Under the pieces are notes generated by a model, which ran no database searches, was not told the origin of the DNA, and saw only the letters and a list, made by a program, of their open reading frames with translations. From positions 1 through 63,102 of IMG/VR virus record IMGVR_UViG_3300031952_000016: 63,102 nt of DNA. One strand, 5' to 3'. A program made the position numbers and the translations under genes. Positions 26,601 to 36,541 of this stretch are shown piece by piece (within the stretch, counting starts at the first letter, position 1; each line of letters begins with the position of its first letter). This DNA is from a virus (lineage: Duplodnaviria; Caudoviricetes).

Positions 26601-28698
26601 TTGCTTCTTTTGCTAAGATAGTTGCATAAGCACAATTTTGTCTAGGACCACCTGTATCTGCTTTAACAATTAACCTATCTCCTGTTTCTACTTTTCTAAT
26701 ATTTTCTCCTTCTAAATAAAACCAATTCTCGTTGGTTTCAGAATCTGTAAAAAATAAATTACAGTAGATTGTTTCGTAATTCTCTTCATCAGGTTTGATG
26801 ACAAACTTATATCTCTTTGCAAATTTAGGAGCCACTTGGCTAAAAGGTATAGTTACTCTAATACCGTTTTTAGTATCAGAATCATCGCACGAAGTAAATA
26901 CTGCATTGTTTTGACTTACCAAAGCGGTTGTAGACCTATTAAATTCATCCATATAAACAATGCCTATCTCATAACCTCTATTACTGTGTAGGCTTTTTGG
27001 ATTTCCTATTTCTTGAAAAACAGCACTAGAAAAAAGAACTTTGTAATACTCATATATAGTTACCGTAGGAGTTACAATGTCATCTACATATTTTGCTGCA
27101 CATAATTGTAATCCTATTTCAGTACTTGCCGGAGTAGTAACAATTCTTATTGGTTGATTAATTGCATCTATACCACTTTCTACTTTTATTAATAAATCTA
27201 AGGCACTAGGAATATTACAATTTACTCTGTCAGTAAAAGTAATCCCATCGCAAGCAGTAGCCATAGGCTCTATATTTGTAACACTTCCAACAACATCTTG
27301 AAATTCTACGCTAGTGGCTAGTTCATAAACAGAAGAGTAATTTCTATTTAAAAAGAAATCAAATGTAACTTGTGTGTCTCCTGTTTCTTGTGTAGGCTCA
27401 GGAGTTCCTGAAAATCTATCGTGAGTAAAAGTAAAATCTAAATTAATAAAAGCACCCTTTACAAGGTTTAATCCTACTAAATCAATATACACTATAGAAT
27501 CAGGTATAGTTAATGCTGTATCTATAGTGTAGTTTCCACTTCCTGTTCTATCAGTAACTGCGGATTCTCCTATATCTTCTGATATTATTTCAGGTCTATA
27601 TTCAATTTTTGTAGCATATCCAAATTTATCAATTAAATCATACCCTTCTACATAGTTCCCGTACATTAATCTATTACCCATAATCGTTTGAGCTTTAGCT
27701 ATTAATGGTACGTTATCGTATAATCTCAATATCTCAGCCTCAGTTAATATAGTAAAAATCTTACTGTTGTTAAATGAAAAACTTTGTATGCTGTTATCAG
27801 AAAAGCCTGCTTCTTTCTTATCTATTTTTTGTATGACTTTTATTATATTATTGTTTGCTTGCTTAAAAAGTAAGTCAATTCCTACAACAAGAGGTCCTCC
27901 TGTATTGTATTTAACAATAGCTGCGTTGAAAAAATTACTCATCCCTTCATTTAGCATACTATTTACGCTAAACTGAAATGAATTAGGAGCAAACGCAGGT
28001 GCTGACCATTGTGATGTAGCTGAATACTCTCCATCTTCATATTTATATCTATAAGCAAAACATATAAATCTAGTATCTAAGTAATTCTCTTGACCACTCG
28101 TGGTTATAGGAGTTACTTCAGGAGACTCTGTAGGCGGTTTCTTTATAACGAGAATTGCTTCAGGATTTAATACGTCAATATCTCCAACAGGATTAGGATA
28201 ATTTTTATCTATGTTTATAAAACGAGGAGGATTATAATTATCAGTCCAAAACAAAAGATTATCAATTAAATTGATTCCTGTAATAAGATAAGAAGGATTA
28301 AAATTTAATGTAGTATCTACTCCATCTCCATTATCTATACTGATAACGTGATACGTTAGTATATCTGTAAGCACGTTGTAAGACACAACTAAATCAAGTT
28401 TCCCTGTGTCTCCAACAGTAAATTCAGGGTCGTGAACAAACCAATATACTGTTTCGTTAGCACTATCTTCAACAGCACCAATGCATCTTGCATTTATACT
28501 TAATGGAGTTCCATCTAAATAGGTCAATATGGTTAATGATGAATTTCCTTTAGTGTTAGTAATAACGCCTACTTCTGATTTTTCAGTAGACCCCATTCTA
28601 ATATTCATAGCATCGACATATTCTCCATCAGGAAGTAGTCGTTGGTCTACGACTTTGTTCATTCTTCCTGCTATAAAATTCCTTGTTACTTTTGCCAT
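23635..28698 (-). CDS. tail stabilisation/nozzle (muzzle)-like protein
   Basis: NFIAGRMNKVVDQRLLPDGEYVDAMNI, LFWTDNYNPPRFIN, FAYRYKYEDGEYS, GNRLMYGNY. Confidence 0.7.
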   Translation of the reverse strand: MAKVTRNFIAGRMNKVVDQRLLPDGEYVDAMNIRMGSTEKSEVGVITNTKGNSSLTILTYLDGTPLSINARCIGAVEDSANETVYWFVHDPEFTVGDTGKLDLVVSYNVLTDILTYHVISIDNGDGVDTTLNFNPSYLITGINLIDNLLFWTDNYNPPRFINIDKNYPNPVGDIDVLNPEAILVIKKPPTESPEVTPITTSGQENYLDTRFICFAYRYKYEDGEYSATSQWSAPAFAPNSFQFSVNSMLNEGMSNFFNAAIVKYNTGGPLVVGIDLLFKQANNNIIKVIQKIDKKEAGFSDNSIQSFSFNNSKIFTILTEAEILRLYDNVPLIAKAQTIMGNRLMYGNYVEGYDLIDKFGYATKIEYRPEIISEDIGESAVTDRTGSGNYTIDTALTIPDSIVYIDLVGLNLVKGAFINLDFTFTHDRFSGTPEPTQETGDTQVTFDFFLNRNYSSVYELATSVEFQDVVGSVTNIEPMATACDGITFTDRVNCNIPSALDLLIKVESGIDAINQPIRIVTTPASTEIGLQLCAAKYVDDIVTPTVTIYEYYKVLFSSAVFQEIGNPKSLHSNRGYEIGIVYMDEFNRSTTALVSQNNAVFTSCDDSDTKNGIRVTIPFSQVAPKFAKRYKFVIKPDEENYETIYCNLFFTDSETNENWFYLEGENIRKVETGDRLIVKADTGGPRQNCAYATILAKEAKASGDITVIGDITPPAGLYVKINPNSFLAVVAPDAFVNLGAEYDYTFDGNYGMMKYGVNEFKGAGFDDLHPFWEYKDYSIPAGSIITLDFNWNRAGFSGRKCDPLGYLFQREIQSSADYDSFEDWWNGDNIGALLSTGTPKDDVTSLVYIPTKGILDIESFGPQYLQFYTDDITNETILQLTIGKACRGFSRPSRREYRLNVTIQILRALNTIIFETEPQDALPDIFFENELSFAIDEDGNHLGNVTNQDISAGINGVVDTEFFNCFAFGNGAESYKIRDSIVGRSFNLGERVTTVSAQDYKKAHRMSDITYSGVYNNESNINRLNQFNSGLLNFKKCESSFGEIQLLDARNTDVLVLQEDKISYVLAEKNLLSDASAGGIITATPEVLGTQIARTEKYGISFNPESYVQWGFDRFFTDVKRGVVLQLKGGDTQNEELVAISNQNMRTWFRDEFNSSFNYQKLGGYDPYMNEYVLSMNDQPLPSTPQCIGCGISQTFTLSSEDLIEEKQEIYCVNLGAIVGISDINWVFTSIQEGASIQISVNYNGVVVDSIETASNGTISFNKNNISVSTAEITITYKGDMVVSVTSDCPISEEVKIVEVVLTDNADSGKTIHTQYRYTNDNFIGPLLSNLVLFDSGTETPLVSRYNISSGFAGQGAYPPAGSTMILSTNRINPDDFVFNPEKNKFRYLRSSVLYENNSIEIQDLINESITATPILGSSPLYYSSFITPDVVDGEYLYLLWDLRTSLFTELCYALTSKEDACCDCTDDNYYLNAPFATATSIFTNSDLTVFAANGFYSLGGIVRQLVDGVLLPKQNCPTCGVPCGVPVETEGETGIYDLTVILDNPSGGVIIFDFKPAAVPDKLEIIHKVGTSYIKKSTSSMTAANNSGPFDNDYGTRPSDVVPTVLQANATDQFIGTDKGTVPTRMTQFTAATGITTLPLTTDYQQRIWWIYSAADYIASNEVNIRITGSVGTGWDAIRVCLPTEL

Positions 28699-28699
28699 A

Positions 28700-29623
28700 T
28701 TACTTAATTACTTTGTCCATACCTCTTAAATTCATTAAGAGTCTTCCCGGATGAAGGTTGCTAATTCTTATTCTTGCATTTCTTAATAATGCAGCTCTTT
28801 TCTTACGACAACGATTAATAACATACTCCTGAACATTAAACTTAGAACTTAATATTTCATATTCAATTGCTGCATAGATATATGCTTCAAACATTTTATT
28901 TACAGTAATCAAAGAATTATCTCCACCCTCCATACCATCAGATACATACTCAAGGATACAAAGTTCTCCTGCCATACTTGAATCAAAATTTATAACCCCT
29001 GCTTTTTTATCAATTTTAAAAGTAGGATTAAAATTCGCAGTTTCGGTATTCAAGCCAAACTTTGCCCCAATATTATAATCAAAATACCACATCCCATCAA
29101 AGTTATATCCTTCTTGACCGTGAAATTGATGACCTTGATTCAAGTAAATGCTTTTCTTCATTTTATGGAGTCTATCGTAGTCAATATCAGAGTATTGAGG
29201 TCTAAGGATATTCCCATTTTGGTCAAATAAAATATTCCCCTGTTGGTCTTGTAGGTATGCGTTAGATGACATTATTTGAATATTTTCAGTCAAAGGTCTT
29301 AAATATCCATCTTTGTATAAAGAGATACGAACCCAATTCACAAAATCTGATGGAAGTACATATCTCAAAGAATCAGCTACGCTTAGTTCTAATATTTTAA
29401 TTTCTTTAAAAGCATCGTAATTAAGCTCTTGTATCGCTCTCTTTGCGTGAAAGATTACTTTATATCGCTCCTCATTATTTATTAATGAATGATTCCCTGC
29501 ATACATCAGTAAGAAATTATTAACTACATCGTCTAAGCTAATGTATTGATAAGAGCCCCAATTTGTATCTTGAGGAGCATTCCCGCTATTGTCGTAATAT
29601 TGATATTGTGATATATATGCCAT
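28700..29623 (-). CDS. tail ring/adaptor protein
   Basis: Position; HAKRAIQELNYD...LPSDFVNWVR pattern. Confidence 0.6.
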   Translation of the reverse strand: MAYISQYQYYDNSGNAPQDTNWGSYQYISLDDVVNNFLLMYAGNHSLINNEERYKVIFHAKRAIQELNYDAFKEIKILELSVADSLRYVLPSDFVNWVRISLYKDGYLRPLTENIQIMSSNAYLQDQQGNILFDQNGNILRPQYSDIDYDRLHKMKKSIYLNQGHQFHGQEGYNFDGMWYFDYNIGAKFGLNTETANFNPTFKIDKKAGVINFDSSMAGELCILEYVSDGMEGGDNSLITVNKMFEAYIYAAIEYEILSSKFNVQEYVINRCRKKRAALLRNARIRISNLHPGRLLMNLRGMDKVIK

Positions 29624-29634
29624 TTGTTTTTATT

Positions 29635-30585
29635 TTATTGTTGCATACTAAATGTAGGCTGTTCGTGTTGTTGTTGCGCCATACCAAACTGTGTAACTTC
29701 CATTTCACGAATAGTGATACCACAATACTCAAGTATCTTTGTTACTAACTTGTAGCCATCTTCAAGAGGAAGCTCAAAATCTTGATAATCAGATTGTGAT
29801 TGGTCAAATGCTGGCTCTCCACTAAATAAAGTTACATAAGTCCATTTCGGAACTTTAGGGTGTCTAAAATACACTGCTTCAACTTGACCTAATGTGTTAA
29901 TGGTATTTGGATATATCTTAATATTTTGACCTTGTAATGTGTATGAGGGATATAAGTCAGAAGGAGTAGTTAATAATGAAGAATTAAGCATCGTTATTTT
30001 TCCAACACTTACTTTGTCTGCTTCTTTAGACTTATTAGAATATATTTCATAATCATTATTTGAGGTAAGAAATATATTTTTATCTAACAATACTGCTGTT
30101 TGAGACAAGACGCTTATAATTGTAGCTACTTTTCCTGTTTCATTATTAATAACTATATATCCTGTAGTTATTCCTTCTGTTATAAAAGCAGCTACAACAT
30201 CAACAAGTTGATTTGCCGCTACAGATGTATTGGCATTTGAAGTTACAAACTCGGTATGACATAATATTTTCAGTATATAATAAGCATCATTTCCAACGGT
30301 AGTAACAGTAGGAGCTGAAAATATATTTCCTCCTAAGTGCGTTAAAAAATCTGTCATTAAAAAAGTTTCTAATGTCTCAGCTATTGGACTCTCAATATCA
30401 GCGTAATCAGTACCCGAACCTCGTTGATTTTCAGCGTTTATAGTTTTATTATAACTGCTATAATACTCTTCATAGATTTCCATCTGTGCATTTGCAGCAA
30501 ACAAATTAAAGTCTGATGGAGAGATATATCCATAATTATTCTTATTCAATATGGACAATACTGCATTTCTAACTTCGTTTATCAT
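29635..30585 (-). CDS. tail ring/adaptor protein
   Basis: Position after capsid genes; NKNNYGYISPSDFN, YFRHPK..KW, DFELP; ATG at 30585 preferred. Confidence 0.6.
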   Translation of the reverse strand: MINEVRNAVLSILNKNNYGYISPSDFNLFAANAQMEIYEEYYSSYNKTINAENQRGSGTDYADIESPIAETLETFLMTDFLTHLGGNIFSAPTVTTVGNDAYYILKILCHTEFVTSNANTSVAANQLVDVVAAFITEGITTGYIVINNETGKVATIISVLSQTAVLLDKNIFLTSNNDYEIYSNKSKEADKVSVGKITMLNSSLLTTPSDLYPSYTLQGQNIKIYPNTINTLGQVEAVYFRHPKVPKWTYVTLFSGEPAFDQSQSDYQDFELPLEDGYKLVTKILEYCGITIREMEVTQFGMAQQQHEQPTFSMQQ

Positions 30586-30599
30586 CTTAAATGTTTTTA

Positions 30600-30607
30600 C
30601 AAATATA
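30600..30607 (-). promoter_or_regulatory. Bacteroidota -7 promoter box
   Basis: TATATTTG on the - strand. Confidence 0.6.
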
Positions 30608-30610
30608 CAT

Positions 30611-30638
30611 AAAAAAAGCACAGAATTATTTCTGTGCT
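30611..30638 (-). terminator. intrinsic terminator
   Basis: AGCACAGAA/TTCTGTGCT stem with a U-run on the - strand. Confidence 0.75.
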
Positions 30639-30666
30639 AATTTTGAACTAATCCAAATGTGATTGA

Positions 30667-31410
30667 TTATTGCGGAATATTTGCCTCTAACATTTTGAGA
30701 GAATCTATACCTTCATCACTTGATAAAAATGACGCTGCCATATCGTAAGGGTCTTCCCCATAAGGTATAGACATCATTTTCTTTTTATTGGTCGGAGTGC
30801 TAAACCAAATCTCTTTATCGTTATTACGTAATGCTAATAATTTTTCTGCAAAGAATACACGAATCTTATCCTGAAATTGTAACTCAGGGTCATTCAATGT
30901 AGCCAAGAATCCTCTTGGGTCATTTTTAGCAAACACTAATATATCTCGTTTTAATTCTGCTGTAGAGATTATTGAAGGGTCCTTGCCAAACATTACTCTT
31001 GTAAGAGTTTCAAGTTGCTCAAGGCTTAATTTTCTTGCCTCAACTAATGCATCGATTTCAAGGTCTAAATATTCTACTTCAGATACTGCATCTTTCTCGT
31101 CATCTACTTCTACGAAAACTCTTCCGTTTAAAGGATGATAATGCAAGAAGGCTTGTAGTGCAGGGTTCTCTCTTGGAACTCTTAAAAAGCCATCTTCAAA
31201 CATAATTGGCTCAATGACTACATTCCCATCTTGTTCATCCTCGAAAGGAGACTTTTGGTTTATTGCATATCTAAGAGCTCTATTTTCATTCTTTTTTTCA
31301 TCATACCACATTAGTGGGAATCTTGGATGATTTCTTGATGCTAAACTATAGGAAAGAGGACTGCCTATTTTTAATTTGTAAACTTTGTTTACTGAAACTA
31401 CTGTTGCCAT
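30667..31410 (-). CDS. hypothetical protein downstream of the major capsid gene
   Basis: ORF track. Confidence 0.75.
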   Translation of the reverse strand: MATVVSVNKVYKLKIGSPLSYSLASRNHPRFPLMWYDEKKNENRALRYAINQKSPFEDEQDGNVVIEPIMFEDGFLRVPRENPALQAFLHYHPLNGRVFVEVDDEKDAVSEVEYLDLEIDALVEARKLSLEQLETLTRVMFGKDPSIISTAELKRDILVFAKNDPRGFLATLNDPELQFQDKIRVFFAEKLLALRNNDKEIWFSTPTNKKKMMSIPYGEDPYDMAASFLSSDEGIDSLKMLEANIPQ

Positions 31411-31446
31411 TTTTAATAATGATTTAATTTGATTAAATATTTTTTT

Positions 31447-31480
31447 AAAAAATACAGAGCCCCACTAATGAGGCTCTGTT
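31447..31480 (-). terminator. intrinsic terminator after the major capsid gene
   Basis: ACAGAGCC/GGCTCTGT stem with a U-rich tail on the - strand. Confidence 0.7.
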
Positions 31481-31494
31481 ATTTAAACTATATA

Positions 31495-32934
31495 CTATCC
31501 GAAACGGAATAATACGAAGTTGTTTGCACCTAAAGTACATACACATCTCTCAGACAAGAAGTTAACCTCCATTGCATCCAAGTCGCTTGTGGCAGCACCA
31601 CCGGCAGAACCTGTAATCCAAGTTTTGTAACGTCTATCTTCAGCTTCAGAAGCACGGTAACGAACGTGCAAGAATGGTCTCTTAGCGTTTTTACCCATAA
31701 TTTGGTCATACACTGAAGTAGAACCTGCAGGAACTAAAAGACCTGTGATTGTACCTGTTGCTGTAGCAGCAGTAGTATTCAATCCACCTCTCATAGTTGG
31801 GTCGTTTAGGTATTTCCAATCAGACTTGTAAAAATCATAACCTCTACGGAATCCTGTGAATCCTAAGTTCAAAGCCATATCAGTATCGTTATCGAACAAT
31901 CCATAAGAAGCTGCAGCTGCAGGAGATGCTCCGTTGAAACCGTTCAATGTTGCTAACATATTGTCGATGTCAAAAGACAATCCACGGTTAACAAATATTA
32001 CGTTCTCTTCGATAGCTCCTTGTTTGTCCAAACGAGAAACAATAGAATCCCAATCAGTTAATGAAGTTGGTGTACCACCACCCCATACATTTCCTCTGTT
32101 GTTAACAACATAGAAGATACCTTCTGACCCTGCTGAGCCTGCAACTCCTGCAGAACCTAATGCAGATATTGCTCCCGAACCTACTTCAGCAGGAACAGTT
32201 TCAATCATTGCAGTTTCTAAGTAATCCTCGAAACGCAAACGAGTTTCGTGCTCTGATTTCAAATACCACAAGTATCCTGTAGCACCGTTCTCAGTAGTAA
32301 CCTCAACCCATCCGATTTGAGCCATATCAGACCCATTAACAGCATATTTATCTTTAATGATAATAGGCTTGTTGCTGTAGATTTCATCTTCAGCTTCCAA
32401 AGAACCAACCATTCCATTAGTTCCTTTTTTGAACTCAGAACCGTAAATAAATACAGTACAAGCAGTAGACACAGCAAAAGCTTGACCACCTGCCTCATAG
32501 TAAGCTACTGTAAAAGTAGTTGCTGAAGGAACAGCAGTAACAACTGCTTTGTTGAAAACTCCTGAAGAGTTGTTTTGAATCATAACAGTTTGACCAACTC
32601 TAATAGCGATGTAAGTAACACCTGAATCAGCTACTGTAAAAGTTGCTGTATCAGCAGCAAGAGCTGCAGCTGAAGTACAGTTAGTGTACTTAATGTGAAG
32701 ACGACCTTGTTCTGCCCATTTGATTTGGTCAGAGTTAGAAGGCATCTCAGCGCCTACCATTCTTAAGAATGATGCGATGGTTCTATTACCATATCTTTCA
32801 AACTCTTTTTCGTAAGTATCAGGAAGATACTGATTCAAAAAGTTAAAGTTGGTAATATAGTTTGTTGATAACGCTACTTGCTCCGCTGCCGGTTGTAATG
32901 CAAAAGTAGGGTTGTTTAATAAAGCACTTGCCAT
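31495..32934 (-). CDS. major capsid protein
   Basis: 479 aa; follows portal and scaffold; followed by a terminator. Confidence 0.8.
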   Translation of the reverse strand: MASALLNNPTFALQPAAEQVALSTNYITNFNFLNQYLPDTYEKEFERYGNRTIASFLRMVGAEMPSNSDQIKWAEQGRLHIKYTNCTSAAALAADTATFTVADSGVTYIAIRVGQTVMIQNNSSGVFNKAVVTAVPSATTFTVAYYEAGGQAFAVSTACTVFIYGSEFKKGTNGMVGSLEAEDEIYSNKPIIIKDKYAVNGSDMAQIGWVEVTTENGATGYLWYLKSEHETRLRFEDYLETAMIETVPAEVGSGAISALGSAGVAGSAGSEGIFYVVNNRGNVWGGGTPTSLTDWDSIVSRLDKQGAIEENVIFVNRGLSFDIDNMLATLNGFNGASPAAAASYGLFDNDTDMALNLGFTGFRRGYDFYKSDWKYLNDPTMRGGLNTTAATATGTITGLLVPAGSTSVYDQIMGKNAKRPFLHVRYRASEAEDRRYKTWITGSAGGAATSDLDAMEVNFLSERCVCTLGANNFVLFRFG

Positions 32935-32952
32935 TTTTTTTTAATTTAAAAT

Positions 32953-34059
32953 TTATACTCTTTTTATACTACGGATTTTTAGGCTTTTACCGGAATCAGG
33001 ATTTACCGCTTTTACCTGCATTCCTCCTGTTGTTTTTGTAACTTCAGGTGCTCTATTGGCAGACATTTGAATATTCTTAATGCCTTTCATAGTAACATCT
33101 GTAGCATCTGCTTGCCCTTGTTCGTAAAAGAACCTTGCAAACTTCTCAGGATTCATAGCTACTGCTAATGACCTATGATAACCTGCCGCATCCTTAACTA
33201 AGCCTTGCTCATCTAAAAACTTGTTTATAAAGTTTGCAGGTGTAGATTGTGCTTTTTTAAGTTCATTAGCATCTCCGGGATTGAAAGTGATTCGTTTGTC
33301 GTTAACATTGAACTCAAAACCTTTGAACTCTCCGTTAAACACTTCATCAGACTTTTGGTTAAACCAATTTCTTTTTCTTTCGTTCTCTTCTTCAATAGTC
33401 TTCGCTTGCTTGGTATATTGCTTATAGCTTTCGTAAGTCTCTTTCTCATCATCAGAAACAAATGCCGCACTTGACTCAAGTGGCACTTTGTATTGTTCTT
33501 TTTGATTATTAAAAAACTTTCTTGCCTCAGCAACTGCCTTTTTAGTTGTAATCTTAACTCTCTTAATGTGAGATTCATCATCAATATCTTCGTCATATCG
33601 ATAGTCATCCATTAAAGAATCAATGTCGTCAGCATCAAGTCCTTCTTGAGTTGCTGCCAAATAATTTTTAAGTAAACTCTCAGAGTCCATAGAATCAAAG
33701 TCTTTTTTAAGACTTAAGAAATCCTCAAAACCTCTTCCTGTTTCTTTTTTGTATTTCATATAAGCAGCAACATCTTCAGGCAAAGCCTCAGACTCTACTC
33801 TTTGAGCTGTTAATTCATCTAATGAATTAATCTGCTTATTGTATCTTTTCCCAATATATGAAAGAACTTGCTCTTCGCTTAATTCAGCAGGGACCTCTAT
33901 TTCAGGAGTTTCTACCTCAGGAACCTCTATCTTTGCTACTTCTTGTCCGGGGATTCTTACGTTTTCAAACTGTTGCTCGTGTCTTTCAAGTAACTCTTGT
34001 TCAACTTGAGCAGTTCCCTTTTCTTCTGTACCGTCTAATAATCTAACTTTTAATTCCAT
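32953..34059 (-). CDS. capsid scaffolding protein
   Basis: Acidic coiled-coil protein between portal and capsid genes. Confidence 0.65.
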   Translation of the reverse strand: MELKVRLLDGTEEKGTAQVEQELLERHEQQFENVRIPGQEVAKIEVPEVETPEIEVPAELSEEQVLSYIGKRYNKQINSLDELTAQRVESEALPEDVAAYMKYKKETGRGFEDFLSLKKDFDSMDSESLLKNYLAATQEGLDADDIDSLMDDYRYDEDIDDESHIKRVKITTKKAVAEARKFFNNQKEQYKVPLESSAAFVSDDEKETYESYKQYTKQAKTIEEENERKRNWFNQKSDEVFNGEFKGFEFNVNDKRITFNPGDANELKKAQSTPANFINKFLDEQGLVKDAAGYHRSLAVAMNPEKFARFFYEQGQADATDVTMKGIKNIQMSANRAPEVTKTTGGMQVKAVNPDSGKSLKIRSIKRV

Positions 34060-34081
34060 TTTAATTTGATTTAATTTTTTA

Positions 34082-34089
34082 CAAATCTA
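34082..34089 (-). promoter_or_regulatory. Bacteroidota -7 promoter box
   Basis: TAGATTTG on the - strand upstream of scaffold and capsid. Confidence 0.6.
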
Positions 34090-34108
34090 TACAATTTTTC
34101 TGACATTT

Positions 34109-36541
34109 TTAACGAGGGTCAAATTCTCCTAAATCAAACCCGTCTAAACTATCTTCATTTGATTCAAAATTCAATGGAGGTAGGTTGTTTTTACGTTGGT
34201 CTATTAGTTTAGATTGGTTCGTACTTTGTATGTTTATACGCTTGTCTTTAGCTATTTCACTATCTTGTTGCTTCTTGCTTATAGTCTGCATCTCCATACT
34301 GTGAAGCTGTTGATTGTATTGAAACTCTTCAGCCATTAAGTGAGATTTTAATTCAGCTTGGACCTGCATAGTTTTGATATTATATTCAGTCTCCATTTGC
34401 TTCAATTTCAATTTAGAATCTAAATCTGCCTGTGTTTTTTGCATTGCGGTTTGAGCTGCTAACTGCTGAGATTGTAATTGTAGTTGAGAAGTCATCGTTT
34501 GTTTCTGCATCTCCATTTGCTCTCTTTTGTCCTGAATTTTAATTCGTTTCATTTTTAACAATTGGTTTGCAAGTTTAAGGTTTCTCAACTCACGAATATC
34601 AATAGCATCTTCAAGGTTTATATCTCCTTTTTGTAGAGCCATTTGAACGTTAGCTTCAAGCTGTGCTTTTTGTTCTTCATCAGGAGCTACCTCAATAAAG
34701 ATTCCAAAATCATAAATATAAAGGTCTGATATTTCATTTAATATAGATACATTGTACTTACCGATTTGATTTGCAAACTCATCTTTGAAATCAGAGTATT
34801 GTAGAATATCTGCAATCCTATAAGTCAAAGCCTCCGCCATTGAACGATAGATAAATAAACCACCTTCGAGGATATGTCTAGTAGCTGTATTTGAATTTAA
34901 AGCTGCTAACTTCTGTAAACCAACTAAAGAGTTAGGGTCAGGTGCATCAGCTCTTGCTTCATTTAATCCTGTTACCGTTCTAATCATATCCATATAATGA
35001 TTATAATTAGCAATAAGCATTTGAGTTTTACCTGAACCTGAATTTGAACTTAATTGAGTAACAGGAACTTTAGCATTATTAAAGTCTCCATCTTGCGTAA
35101 AACTTCTACCTACAACGGACCCCGTTTGGAAATATAACCTTAAAGCATCTTCAGGAGTATAGGCAGAGCCATTTCCTAAATCAACCTCATTAAGTCCATC
35201 AGCATCAATAAATACACCATCAGGTACAACACGATTTATTACTTGTTGTAGTTTTAAGTGGGTAATCTGAATAAGGTCAGCAAATGGTATCATTCTACGA
35301 ACCAAAGACTCAATAGCTCCTTTATACATACGAGGAGCAGAAGCTACATAGTTTGGAAGTGCGTGCTGAGAAGCTGATTTAGGTCTTACCATATTTTCAG
35401 ACATTCTCCATTGCAATAGGATATTAGTACCCATAACCATAATGCCTTCGTACCATACGTCGATAGTCTTCTCAATTTTCTCAAATTTTCCTTCCTCCAT
35501 CATTTCTACAGGAGGATTAAAGGTATCGTCTTTCTCTATAACTCGTGCCCCACCATTTTCTAATATCTTTTTCTTATATACTATCTTCTTGGTAGTCTTA
35601 TAGTTAAAATACATTAACGTACAAGTATCTCTTGAGAATACGCTATTCTCATAAAACTGAGCTACATTGAAATAATCATACCAACCTTGACTGTATTGTG
35701 TAATTTCTTGCAAGTCTTCTTTAGTAAGACTTTGGTCAATCTTCATCAACTCTGTTATTGGAAGAGTTTTAATTTCTCCCCAATAAAAACAATCTCTAAA
35801 GTAAGGGTCTTCAGTATAGCTGTAAACAACATTAGCAGGGTCAACGTATGAAATCTTAACTCCTGAGCCTTGTAGAAACTCGTGCTTAGCTATAGATATT
35901 CCTAGTACCGTAGCATCATAATCAAGTCTCTTACGGATTTCATCATAATGGTTTTCATCAAACATTGTATTGATAGCCTCTTCTTCAGCAATCTCAATAG
36001 CAGGCTTGTAATTTAACTGCATATACAATTTCAACTCTTCGTCTGTTTCAGGTAATTTCTCAGGGTCGGTTGAAAATGGATTGAATCCTGTCTTGTCTTG
36101 AATTATTTTCAATACAGGTTTTGCAATCATCTGACCTTCAATCATATCCTGATACTTACTTCTCTTAGATTGAGACATTGCATCTTGCGCATATACTTTA
36201 ACCTTGAACAACCTATCGGACATTCCGTTGACAACAATATCAACAAACTTAGGTATTACAGGAACGGGTGTCCAATCTAAATTTAGATAAGACAAATCTC
36301 CATCAATAGCTAATTCGTTTTTATATTTTCCAACCGATTGCTCTCCTCTAGCATACAGTCTAAGTCTATGAAATTCCTTCCATTGACCATAATATCTACA
36401 ATTATTTCCATCCTTTCTAAACCACTCATACTGAATAGCTTGACCTACTTGTAAGCCGAATTGTTCGGATGCTTTTTCTGCATCAGTTGCTAACTGACTT
36501 GGAAAGGCTGACGATGTAATATCTATTGCTACGTTTTTCAT
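34109..36541 (-). CDS. portal protein
   Basis: 810 aa directly after terminase; PVIPKFVDIVVNG; Gln-rich C-terminal coiled coil. Confidence 0.8.
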   Translation of the reverse strand: MKNVAIDITSSAFPSQLATDAEKASEQFGLQVGQAIQYEWFRKDGNNCRYYGQWKEFHRLRLYARGEQSVGKYKNELAIDGDLSYLNLDWTPVPVIPKFVDIVVNGMSDRLFKVKVYAQDAMSQSKRSKYQDMIEGQMIAKPVLKIIQDKTGFNPFSTDPEKLPETDEELKLYMQLNYKPAIEIAEEEAINTMFDENHYDEIRKRLDYDATVLGISIAKHEFLQGSGVKISYVDPANVVYSYTEDPYFRDCFYWGEIKTLPITELMKIDQSLTKEDLQEITQYSQGWYDYFNVAQFYENSVFSRDTCTLMYFNYKTTKKIVYKKKILENGGARVIEKDDTFNPPVEMMEEGKFEKIEKTIDVWYEGIMVMGTNILLQWRMSENMVRPKSASQHALPNYVASAPRMYKGAIESLVRRMIPFADLIQITHLKLQQVINRVVPDGVFIDADGLNEVDLGNGSAYTPEDALRLYFQTGSVVGRSFTQDGDFNNAKVPVTQLSSNSGSGKTQMLIANYNHYMDMIRTVTGLNEARADAPDPNSLVGLQKLAALNSNTATRHILEGGLFIYRSMAEALTYRIADILQYSDFKDEFANQIGKYNVSILNEISDLYIYDFGIFIEVAPDEEQKAQLEANVQMALQKGDINLEDAIDIRELRNLKLANQLLKMKRIKIQDKREQMEMQKQTMTSQLQLQSQQLAAQTAMQKTQADLDSKLKLKQMETEYNIKTMQVQAELKSHLMAEEFQYNQQLHSMEMQTISKKQQDSEIAKDKRINIQSTNQSKLIDQRKNNLPPLNFESNEDSLDGFDLGEFDPR

